64,000 nt of DNA from a virus: IMG/VR virus record IMGVR_UViG_3300049830_000285, positions 32,001 through 96,000 of that record; one strand, given 5' to 3'. Below are positions 9,479-16,799 of this stretch, piece by piece. How positions within the stretch are numbered: the first letter of the stretch is position 1; every line of letters starts with the position of its first letter. The position numbers and the translations under genes are program-made. Under the pieces are notes generated by a model. It saw only the letters and a list, made by a program, of their open reading frames with translations, did no database searches and was not told the DNA's origin.

Positions 9479-10015
9479 ATGTGGTATCGAAACATTGTGA
9501 CAGCGGAGCAACACACAAGTGTAATTGTGGCTCTTTGGCTGCCCGATGACAAAGCAAAAAAACTGGCTTTGAAAAAAACAGACGTAGACAAACCCGAAGC
9601 TGCTGACAGTCTACATTTAACAATGCTTTATATCGGAAAAGCAGATGCGCTTAAAGATAAACGTGAGCTTATTGAATCCGCTCTAGAAGCTATGTCAAAT
9701 CAATACCCGGCAATTAAGGGTAAAGTTCAAGGCGTTGGATGTTTTTCTGGCAATGATGAAACAAAACCATTTTATGCATCTTATGATTCTGCGGAGCTTT
9801 CAGAAATTCGACAAAAACTTGTTGAAACGATGGAATCTTTGGGAATCGAGCTTGATAAGACACATGGATTCACACCCCATATTACATTGGCTTATATTGA
9901 TGCCAATGATGATTTACCAAATGTTAATGTTCCAGATTTAGCTATAGATTTTGACAAATTGACACTAGCCTGGGCTGGAAAGCAAACTCATTATTCTTTA
10001 AACCAAAAAAGTTAA
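9479..10015 (+). CDS. 2H phosphoesterase (LigT / 2'-5' RNA ligase family)
   Basis: Two HxT motifs (LHLTM, PHITL). N-terminal MWYRNIVTA leader. Confidence 0.88.
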   Translation: MWYRNIVTAEQHTSVIVALWLPDDKAKKLALKKTDVDKPEAADSLHLTMLYIGKADALKDKRELIESALEAMSNQYPAIKGKVQGVGCFSGNDETKPFYASYDSAELSEIRQKLVETMESLGIELDKTHGFTPHITLAYIDANDDLPNVNVPDLAIDFDKLTLAWAGKQTHYSLNQKS

Positions 10016-10021
10016 GTAAAT

Positions 10022-11026
10022 TTGACATTATCCATGTATATGGATAATGTGATAGATGTAAATATACCAAAATTTTGGCTTGAGCAAGAGTATGTCGTAA
10101 AGCAGCGCAGTATGCAAGAAATTGCTTTTGATTTAGGTATCAGCGCTCAAATAGTATATAAAATTTTATGTACATATGGTATTCAAGTGCGAACTAATCA
10201 ATATGCCAGAAAACATCTCTCAATAGACAAAGATTGGCTTATTGAAGAGTATGTAAACAAAAGAAGAAGCACAACTGATATTTCGAAAGAATTGAATTGC
10301 GGTTACAACACAATTAATCGAAGATTACGAGAATACGGTATTGTGGTTCGTGATAATGGAAAGCCGCAAAAAACAGAATTATTAGGACAAACATTCGGCA
10401 AATGGACGGTGCTCTGCGAGATACCAGGAAAGACAGAACATCACTCTTGTCAATGGAAATGTCAATGCGTTTGCGGACAAATCAAAACACTGTCTACATA
10501 CACTTTGACATCTGGCGCTAGTAAAGGGTGTCTCACATGCGATATCGCGCAGACACAAGCGGAAAAGCACGTGATTACATCTTATTACTGGGGTTCTCTG
10601 CAAAGCAGTGCAAAAAAAAGAGGTTTAGATTTTGCAGTTACCAAAGATTATGTGGCTGATTTATATGAGAAACAGGGTCGAAGGTGCGCTTTAACTGGAT
10701 TGCGTCTGAATATGGCTGATACTCACTGCGCTTGGCGTGAGGGAAAGCAAACTGCTTCATTAGACCGTATTAACTCACTTATGACATATGAAGACGGTAA
10801 TGTTCAATGGGTTCATAAAATGGTTAATCTTGCAAAATGGGATATGCCACAAGAAGAATTTATTAGAGTTTGCCATTTGGTTGCTAAATTGCACCCTATG
10901 GAAATCGAAGAAGAAGTTGAAAATCCAGAAATTAGCATAGATGATGAAGAGACTTCAGAATGGGATTCAGATTTGTGGAGATGGGTGGATGAAAGAGTCA
11001 AACAAAAACAAATAGAAGAAGCGTAA
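10022..11026 (+). CDS. HNH-type homing endonuclease with tandem HTH repeats
   Basis: Two WL.EY...RS..I..LG/LN repeats, FGKWTVL..WKCQC.CG module, CALTG..SLDRINS..GNVQWV...VNLAK nuclease motif, acidic tail. True start may be ATG 10036 or 10042. Confidence 0.8.
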   Translation: MTLSMYMDNVIDVNIPKFWLEQEYVVKQRSMQEIAFDLGISAQIVYKILCTYGIQVRTNQYARKHLSIDKDWLIEEYVNKRRSTTDISKELNCGYNTINRRLREYGIVVRDNGKPQKTELLGQTFGKWTVLCEIPGKTEHHSCQWKCQCVCGQIKTLSTYTLTSGASKGCLTCDIAQTQAEKHVITSYYWGSLQSSAKKRGLDFAVTKDYVADLYEKQGRRCALTGLRLNMADTHCAWREGKQTASLDRINSLMTYEDGNVQWVHKMVNLAKWDMPQEEFIRVCHLVAKLHPMEIEEEVENPEISIDDEETSEWDSDLWRWVDERVKQKQIEEA

Positions 11027-11092
11027 TACGTATAGAATTAAAAAGGATTTCAGTTGATTTTGCGGTAAAATAATAGTTCGCGAGATGTCCCT

Positions 11093-11215
11093 ATGAGCAA
11101 AGAAAACCAAGAACTTAGCCTATCCTCTTCAGAGGAACGACAACCTGCCGAAGTAGAACAATCAGAAACAGATGCATTTTGGCATGCATATCCGTTAATG
11201 TTTGAACAATCGTAA
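11093..11215 (+). CDS. Small 40-aa ORF (MSKENQ...AFWHAYPLMFEQS)
   Basis: Read directly from sequence, below the ORF-track length cutoff. TAAAAT and a partial AGG-N18 motif lie upstream. Confidence 0.4.
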   Translation: MSKENQELSLSSSEERQPAEVEQSETDAFWHAYPLMFEQS

Positions 11216-11242
11216 TTTTATATTGTGATTGTAAGTCTATTA

Positions 11243-11270
11243 CGAGGGGTGGAAGTAATTCTGCCCCTCG
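11243..11270 (+). other. 12-bp hairpin with GNRA (GTAA) tetraloop
   Basis: CGAGGGGTGGAA-GTAA-TTCTGCCCCTCG, two G-U pairs, no U-tract. Confidence 0.6.
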
Positions 11271-11310
11271 CAGGCGTACTCGCTATATTTCCTCAAAATC
11301 ATATTTTCTG

Positions 11311-11319
11311 TGGTATCAT
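11311..11319 (+). promoter_or_regulatory. Extended -10 promoter for tRNA-pspA
   Basis: TG-G-TATCAT ending 8 nt before the tRNA 5' end. Confidence 0.55.
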
Positions 11320-11327
11320 ATGGGAAC

Positions 11328-11402
11328 GACCCCATAGTTCAGTGGTGGAACAGCTATCTCTAAAATGGCGTGTCGCGAGTCCGATTCTCGCTGGGGTCAC
11401 CA
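11328..11402 (+). tRNA. tRNA with CUA anticodon (amber suppressor type)
   Basis: Acceptor GACCCCA/TGGGGTC, A73, encoded CCA. D-stem GTTC/GAAC. Anticodon stem GCTAT/ATGGC with loop CT-CTA-AA. T-arm GCGAG-TCCGATT-CTCGC. Confidence 0.9.
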
Positions 11403-11416
11403 AGAGTAAAAAAAAT

Positions 11417-12217
11417 ATGAAACGATTCCTTAAATGGTTATCGGGTCTCTTCAATGTGTTCATGGACAAGGTTGAAGACCCAATGATTATGATTGACCAG
11501 GCTAAACGCGACATGCAAGAAAGCCTAGTCCATAATCGTGAACTCGCCGTACAAGCCTTGACACAAAAGAATAACCTAGCTGCTATGGTTAAAGCCGCTG
11601 AATCTCAGGTGGAAAAAAACAAGGCACAAGCTGGAATGGCTCTTAAGCAACGCGAAAGCTATGCACAAGGCACACCCCAGTATGATAATGCGCAAAAATT
11701 AGCTTTGCAATTCGCTGGAGAAATGCAAAACAATCAAGCACAGCTTGCCAATCTTCAAGCTTCATATGAACAAGCCGATGCTGCATGTGTAAATGTTAAA
11801 AAGGCATGTGACCGACAAGAAGCAGACTTCCGAAAGAAACTTGGCGAAGCTGCTGCTATGAAGGCAAACTACAAGAGCGCACAAGTTCAAAATGCTATTC
11901 AAAAAGCATTGTCGGAATTCAATTTCGAGAACATCAATGAGGGCTTTGGTGCTGCTGGTGAAAAGATTCAGAATATGCAAAGCGAAGCTGCTGCTCGAAC
12001 AGAAATGCAGAATTCGTCTCTTGCTGGAAAAGTTGCTGAACTCGAAGATGCTTCACACGACTTTGAGGCTCAAAATGCACTCTCTGACTTGGAAAAGCAA
12101 CTTGGCTTTGCTCCAACAACTGTGCAGACAACTGCGGCTCCACAGACCGTTTCTGTTGGCACGGGTGGGACTCCTGGCGGCGCATTAAGCGACCTTACCC
12201 AGCGTCTTAACCAATAA
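11417..12217 (+). CDS. pspA: PspA/IM30 family protein
   Basis: EDP.IMIDQA.RDMQ N-terminus and long coiled coil ending in L..LEKQLG. Start corrected to ATG 11417 because the track start 11225 runs through the tRNA. Confidence 0.88.
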   Translation: MKRFLKWLSGLFNVFMDKVEDPMIMIDQAKRDMQESLVHNRELAVQALTQKNNLAAMVKAAESQVEKNKAQAGMALKQRESYAQGTPQYDNAQKLALQFAGEMQNNQAQLANLQASYEQADAACVNVKKACDRQEADFRKKLGEAAAMKANYKSAQVQNAIQKALSEFNFENINEGFGAAGEKIQNMQSEAAARTEMQNSSLAGKVAELEDASHDFEAQNALSDLEKQLGFAPTTVQTTAAPQTVSVGTGGTPGGALSDLTQRLNQ

Positions 12218-12223
12218 TCAATC

Positions 12224-12251
12224 GTTTGGGGCGTATAAAATCGCCCCAAAC
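12224..12251 (+). terminator. Hairpin after pspA (terminator or processing site)
   Basis: GTTTGGGGCG-TATAAAAT-CGCCCCAAAC 10-bp perfect stem, no U-tract on +. Confidence 0.55.
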
Positions 12252-12260
12252 ACAACAAAT

Positions 12261-12348
12261 GCTCCAGTAGCTCAATGGTCAGTAGCCACGGTTTCTAAAG
12301 CAGAAGGCCCTCACAAGGTATATGCGGGTTCGAGTCCCGTCTGGAGCG
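12261..12348 (+). tRNA. Degenerate tRNA-like element, apparent CUA anticodon, long variable region
   Basis: Acceptor GCTCCAG/CTGGAGC, G73, T-arm GCGGG-TTCGAGT-CCCGT, loop TT-CTA-AA. Anticodon stem ACGGT/GCAGA has only 3 of 5 pairs. No encoded CCA. Confidence 0.6.
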
Positions 12349-12359
12349 CTCAAATTTAT

Positions 12360-12824
12360 ATGTTTAACAATTACCCCAATCCTGAACAAATCTGGTTTTT
12401 GCATGAAATAATGCAACCAGCCAATCGTCAATTTCCACCGACTACCCAAGAGGCTATTGATGACGAGGAAGAAATCAAACAACGATGTCGGCATATAAAC
12501 TTTATCTTTAATGAGTTGAAATGGAAAATAAACACCATTTTCTCCGAAGAAGAACAAGCCGAACTTCGAAGTCAACTTAATCCATTTAATAGGCCTGGTG
12601 AAATTTTCTTTGGCGCTGAGCATTATGCTGGATATGCAGAAGACCGAGTTCACGAAGCATTAACATCTGCTTTTGGTATTACTGGTGGATTGCAGCAGGG
12701 CGGCTTGATGGGCTCTGAGCAAGATGCCGCCGAAACAATTGCAAAAGGAAAAGAAGAAATTAAAGGATTTTTGTTGAAACTTGCTGAAAAACTTGGTGTT
12801 AAGGGCATGAAATTTGAAGATTAA
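12360..12824 (+). CDS. Hypothetical protein
   Basis: 154-aa ORF directly after the tRNA-like element. Confidence 0.7.
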   Translation: MFNNYPNPEQIWFLHEIMQPANRQFPPTTQEAIDDEEEIKQRCRHINFIFNELKWKINTIFSEEEQAELRSQLNPFNRPGEIFFGAEHYAGYAEDRVHEALTSAFGITGGLQQGGLMGSEQDAAETIAKGKEEIKGFLLKLAEKLGVKGMKFED

Positions 12825-12841
12825 CAAGAATTCCTCAAAAT

Positions 12842-12889
12842 CATGTTGTAGAATAATACTAACAAAGTGAATACCATGTTGTAGAATAA
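12842..12889 (+). repeat. 15-bp direct repeat CATGTTGTAGAATAA x2, each with a TAGAAT -10-like box
   Basis: Copies at 12842-12856 and 12875-12889, 33-bp period. Confidence 0.75.
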
Positions 12890-12900
12890 ACAAATCAAAT

Positions 12901-13005
12901 CTCACGCGCTTACCGAGGCGATGATTTCATCATCCGCTGAACGTGCGCCACCCGTGTGTCTCCTAACCTGCTTCGACACTACTACACGACCTTAGGAGAT
13001 TTAAA
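12901..13005 (+). promoter_or_regulatory. Candidate structured cis-regulatory leader with anti-SD
   Basis: TCTCCTAA (12959-66) is complementary to TTAGGAGA (12992-99), which contains the SD. GTGTC/GACAC forms an overlapping stem. Confidence 0.45.
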
Positions 13006-13419
13006 ATGAACACACTATCAAAACAAATTACGCCACTCTTCTTTAATGAAGACACTCGACACAACTGCTACAACGAAGTCAAAAAGCATTGGCTTAAACT
13101 TCAGGCTAACAGTGAAGAGCATCCGCTCACACTTGCTCACCACATTCTTTACGCTATTTTGCGTGGAAAGGATTGGCGCAAGGCTTTCACACCAGTTAGT
13201 AACGAGGTAAAGCTCGCGAATGGTGCAAGAGCAGAACTTGCTTTAACAGAGGCACAATACAGTCTTAATGCCCGTCTTGACGTGTTTAATGACTTCGCAC
13301 CACTGATTGACCCGAAAACATGCGCTGAGCTTGTCAGAGCAGCTATACAAGGTCGAAGAGCGGGCGCGTATAATCCAGCCGCTATTGAAGATATGCTTCT
13401 AAGCAAGGCGGTGGCATAA
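13006..13419 (+). CDS. Hypothetical protein (HILYAILRG motif)
   Basis: 137 aa with strong SD. Confidence 0.75.
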   Translation: MNTLSKQITPLFFNEDTRHNCYNEVKKHWLKLQANSEEHPLTLAHHILYAILRGKDWRKAFTPVSNEVKLANGARAELALTEAQYSLNARLDVFNDFAPLIDPKTCAELVRAAIQGRRAGAYNPAAIEDMLLSKAVA

Positions 13420-13445
13420 TGAGTCTGGATTTGTAGAACGAAAAC

Positions 13446-13745
13446 ATGTATATTTATGTTTTCGTTCGAACAGATATTCCTGTCGCTGACCAAATGGTTC
13501 AAGTTGGACACGTTTGTTATGAGGCTGGGCTAAAATTCAAAGCACAAGATGATACGTATTTAGTGCTCTGTCAGGTTGCTTCGCAAGAAGATTTACTTGA
13601 AGTTGAAATGAGGCTCAATAATTCTGGTGTAGAAACACATAAGTTTTTCGAGCCCGATGATGACATGGGGTATACAGCGCTTTGTACTCAGCCGATTAGC
13701 AAAGCAAATCGTAACTTGTTCCGAAGATATAAACTTTGGACATAA
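13446..13745 (+). CDS. Peptidyl-tRNA hydrolase 2-like protein
   Basis: YVFVRTDIP....VQVGH, LVLCQV and F.EPD...YTALCTQP match the phage Pth2-like pattern. Confidence 0.65.
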   Translation: MYIYVFVRTDIPVADQMVQVGHVCYEAGLKFKAQDDTYLVLCQVASQEDLLEVEMRLNNSGVETHKFFEPDDDMGYTALCTQPISKANRNLFRRYKLWT

Positions 13746-13749
13746 CAAA

Positions 13750-13774
13750 AGGAATAATGCTGCCGATTGGAGAA
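13750..13774 (+). promoter_or_regulatory. AGG-N18-NGAA motif
   Basis: AGG 13750-52, AGAA 13771-74, ATG 13797. Confidence 0.6.
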
Positions 13775-13796
13775 AAAATCTTTAATCGGTGGCATT

Positions 13797-14426
13797 ATGC
13801 GTTTATCCCTGGCAAAAAAACTTCTGAAAATAGCTAACGAACTCGACGCGCTCAGTTTGTATGAAGAAGCAAATTCCTTAACAAATATAGTGAGAGAAGC
13901 ACAAACTATGCCTGATATGTCTCAGACCCAAGCACCAACACAGCCATATCAACAGCCATATCAACAGCAACCTTGGACTGCTCCCGCCGCCGCACCAACA
14001 CCCTACAACGCTCCTCAAGCTCCCTACAACGCTCCATACAACGGTTATGCACAACAACAGAGTGGATGGTATAACCAACCTCAAATACCGCTGCCTCCGC
14101 AGAATAACGTAAATCCACAACAGACACAGCAACAACTGTTAAATATGCCAGCTAGTCCATTTACGGCAGTTAGGTTTGGGCCAGATGGTAAACCTCTTCC
14201 GCAACAAAGACAGCAGACAATGCAAGAATATGTAAACAACTATATCAAATCTATGCAAAGCAAAATGCAAGGTCAGGGTCAATCTGGCGCAAATAATACG
14301 ATTCAAAACGCTAGACAAATGCAGATTCAACAACGAAGAAATGAATTAGCTGCCGAAGATGCTCAATTGGCGTCAGAGCAATACAATCAAAATCTTGGTG
14401 ACGGACATCCAAAATTATATAAGTAA
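13797..14426 (+). CDS. Gln/Pro-rich low-complexity protein with IANELD-type leader (candidate internal head protein)
   Basis: N-terminus MRLSLAKKLLKIANELDALSLYEEANSLTNIVREAQ, then QQPY and PYNA repeats. Confidence 0.65.
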   Translation: MRLSLAKKLLKIANELDALSLYEEANSLTNIVREAQTMPDMSQTQAPTQPYQQPYQQQPWTAPAAAPTPYNAPQAPYNAPYNGYAQQQSGWYNQPQIPLPPQNNVNPQQTQQQLLNMPASPFTAVRFGPDGKPLPQQRQQTMQEYVNNYIKSMQSKMQGQGQSGANNTIQNARQMQIQQRRNELAAEDAQLASEQYNQNLGDGHPKLYK

Positions 14427-14828
14427 TTCAATCAGCATATCTTCGCCAACAATAGCGAATTGTTCAAAGGTAATATTTGGCACTTGAAATTCGACATTAC
14501 CCTTATCGTTTTTCCATATTTTACACTGGGATAGGTATTTACTTAGTGAAGTAACAATAAGTTCGCCAGCTTTTTTTCTCACTACGCCGAATGCACCGAA
14601 ACCAGCAATCGTGGCTTCTTTAATATTGATTTCGATATTACCATTTTCTAATGGATAAATCTGAAGGCGCATGGTTACAGCACCAAGTTTTAGATTTTTC
14701 TTAAAAGTGACATCTCCGTTTAAAGAGACATTCTGTTTCAAAATGTCAAGCGTTGGTATATATTTCGCATCAGTGAGTAACGCTGATAGCAAATCCACTA
14801 TTTCAGACTTGTTACATCGAATAATCAT
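14415..14828 (-). CDS. Hypothetical protein
   Basis: 137 aa, TAATG-coupled to upstream gene. Confidence 0.7.
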   Translation of the reverse strand: MIIRCNKSEIVDLLSALLTDAKYIPTLDILKQNVSLNGDVTFKKNLKLGAVTMRLQIYPLENGNIEINIKEATIAGFGAFGVVRKKAGELIVTSLSKYLSQCKIWKNDKGNVEFQVPNITFEQFAIVGEDMLIELLI

Positions 14829-15022
14829 TAGCCAGGTGTAATAATTACTTCAAGAATGACAGACGTATCTTTCGCAAGTGATTTTGTTAATTTAATGTCA
14901 CCTTCTATTGCGACCCCTTCAATGATTTGTTCCATTGCATCGAGTTTAACACCGGGGAACATCTGCTCAATCAATTTAATGATTTTTACAGGTTCGCTAC
15001 TTGACATTGTTAATTTAGCCAT
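14828..15022 (-). CDS. Hypothetical protein
   Basis: 64 aa, SD AGGAG upstream. Confidence 0.65.
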   Translation of the reverse strand: MAKLTMSSSEPVKIIKLIEQMFPGVKLDAMEQIIEGVAIEGDIKLTKSLAKDTSVILEVIITPG

Positions 15023-15105
15023 AATATACTCCTAATGGAGATTACACTCATTGGACAAAGTAATCCTTTTCCTCATATGTGAAAAATGTGGTAATATTTC
15101 ACATA

Positions 15106-15570
15106 ATGAACAAACTTATCATTATGCGAGGCTTGCCAGGTTCTGGTAAAAGCACCAAAGCGCAACTATTGGTTGGTGATGGTAAAATCTACGCTACTGA
15201 TGATTATTGGGGTGACGATTATGCTTTTGACCGAGCACGTATTGGAGAAGCACATGAATGGAATCAACAGCGCGTTCACGAGGCGATTGTTGCTGGCGTA
15301 AGTCCAATTGTTGTAGATGCGACAAATATGCAAATGTGGGAGATGCAACCTTATGTTGAATTTGCTAACGCTTTTAACTACGATATATCCTTCCATGAAT
15401 CAGATGCGCCTTGGAAATTTGATGCAGAAGAACTTGCACAGAGAAATCGACACGGAGTTCCTATTGAAATTATCAAGCAAATGTTGATGAATTGGGAGAA
15501 AGAACCAACAGTGGAAAAAGTTCTTGCAGCAGTTCGACCCAAGTTTGGTAGTTGGCGGGACGAAGAATAA
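15106..15570 (+). CDS. P-loop kinase, AAA_33 / N4BP2-like (polynucleotide kinase-like)
   Basis: LIIMRGLPGSGKST, AHEWNQ, IVVDATN and RN.HGVP motifs. Start set at ATG 15106 behind TGGTAATAT. Confidence 0.8.
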   Translation: MNKLIIMRGLPGSGKSTKAQLLVGDGKIYATDDYWGDDYAFDRARIGEAHEWNQQRVHEAIVAGVSPIVVDATNMQMWEMQPYVEFANAFNYDISFHESDAPWKFDAEELAQRNRHGVPIEIIKQMLMNWEKEPTVEKVLAAVRPKFGSWRDEE

Positions 15571-15584
15571 TCTTCATCGTCAAT

Positions 15585-15620
15585 AAAAGAGAGACAGCAA
15601 ATTCTACTGTCTCTCTTTTT
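15585..15620. terminator. Bidirectional Rho-independent terminator
   Basis: AAAAGAGAGACAG-CAAATTCTA-CTGTCTCTCTTTTT. Confidence 0.85.
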
Positions 15621-15728
15621 GTATTAAGGTATTTTTAATGTCGCAAATTGCTCTTAAATAGTATAGGAATTTTTGAAATTCTACATAAATATTCCATAGG
15701 TGGTGCTACGAACACCACTTTTACTAAC

Positions 15729-16799
15729 ATGACAATAGCTCTATGCGGATTTTATGCTAAATACAATTTTGGAGATGACTTGATGGCTCATCATCTTTCC
15801 AGGGTGCTATCTGTTGACGACACACATACTGTTAGAATTTTTTCAGATAAAAGTCTTGATAATGTAGAAAATGGTATGGCGTCCAATGGTCATTTAGATT
15901 GTGATGTTATTGTTATCGGTGGCGGCGGAATCGTCAACAATGATTTTTGGGCATTCAAAAATGATGGATTGATAAAACTCAAAAATGCACAAAAGCCCAT
16001 CGCATTTGTCAATGTAAATATTACGAGCGAGATTTTGAAAGATTCACAACTGATTGAGGATTTAAAATCTCTAAAAGCCAAATGGTGGGTTAGAAATAGA
16101 CAATCTGTGGATATTTTAACAGAAATCGGCATCACAGCATCACTTGTGCCAGATATCAGTTTTAGGCCAGGTGTCGTAACGCCATATAATAAAATGGCTG
16201 GAAAGAAACAATTATCAGTATTCTTAAACAGTTATGTATTTAACGACTTGCTTCATAACGACAATGTAAATCAATTTGTTCAAGCATTGCATAACTGTCG
16301 AATTATAGCTCAATTTTGTGATTGGATGGCAACTTTTGGTTGGAATATAACGTTCTTTTCGGCTCACACAGCTAAGTATGTTGATGACCGAATTCCATCT
16401 GCCTTTGTCTTTGGAACGATGCAAAATAAAGATGCAGCTAAATGGGTTGCAGAACCATTGGCATGGGATGACTTGATAAGAGAAATAGCACACAGTGATT
16501 TGGTGCTATCTATGCGTTTTCACTCAACAACAACGGCGTTGGCAGCAGGAGTTCCGTGTGTAGACATTACTCATCATGCAAAGAATAAATCTTTGCTTGA
16601 TGAAATTGGCGCACTATGTATTTCGGCTGAATATTCTTCACTTACACACGAGGCTCTTGTAAAAGCAGCGCAATGTGCAGAAAACCCAACATCTCATGAT
16701 AATAGAGTAAAAGCTTATCGCTCTGAAGCTGCTACTCGTTGGGAGTTATTTGACCGAGAATGGAGCACATACTTAAACAATCTAGAAGGATTACAATGA
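15729..16799 (+). CDS. Polysaccharide pyruvyl transferase family protein
   Basis: GFY...NFGDDLM, VIVIGGGG and SMRFHS...AL..GVP motifs. Start set at ATG 15729. Confidence 0.8.
   Translation: MTIALCGFYAKYNFGDDLMAHHLSRVLSVDDTHTVRIFSDKSLDNVENGMASNGHLDCDVIVIGGGGIVNNDFWAFKNDGLIKLKNAQKPIAFVNVNITSEILKDSQLIEDLKSLKAKWWVRNRQSVDILTEIGITASLVPDISFRPGVVTPYNKMAGKKQLSVFLNSYVFNDLLHNDNVNQFVQALHNCRIIAQFCDWMATFGWNITFFSAHTAKYVDDRIPSAFVFGTMQNKDAAKWVAEPLAWDDLIREIAHSDLVLSMRFHSTTTALAAGVPCVDITHHAKNKSLLDEIGALCISAEYSSLTHEALVKAAQCAENPTSHDNRVKAYRSEAATRWELFDREWSTYLNNLEGLQ

Noticed and set aside
11328-11402. Pyrrolysine tRNA
   Set aside because: It has a standard 5-bp anticodon stem, GG in the D-loop, a 5-nt variable loop and A73, unlike tRNA-Pyl. 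No pylS or pylBCD is present in the window.
11225-11416. N-terminal 64 aa of the PspA ORF as given in the track
   Set aside because: It overlaps the hairpin, promoter and tRNA. The PspA-like sequence starts at ATG 11417.
12901-13005. Match to fluoride or ZTP riboswitch
   Set aside because: Only short fragments resemble them (GGCGATG, GTGCGCCAC) and the conserved cores are missing. Kept as an unclassified candidate.
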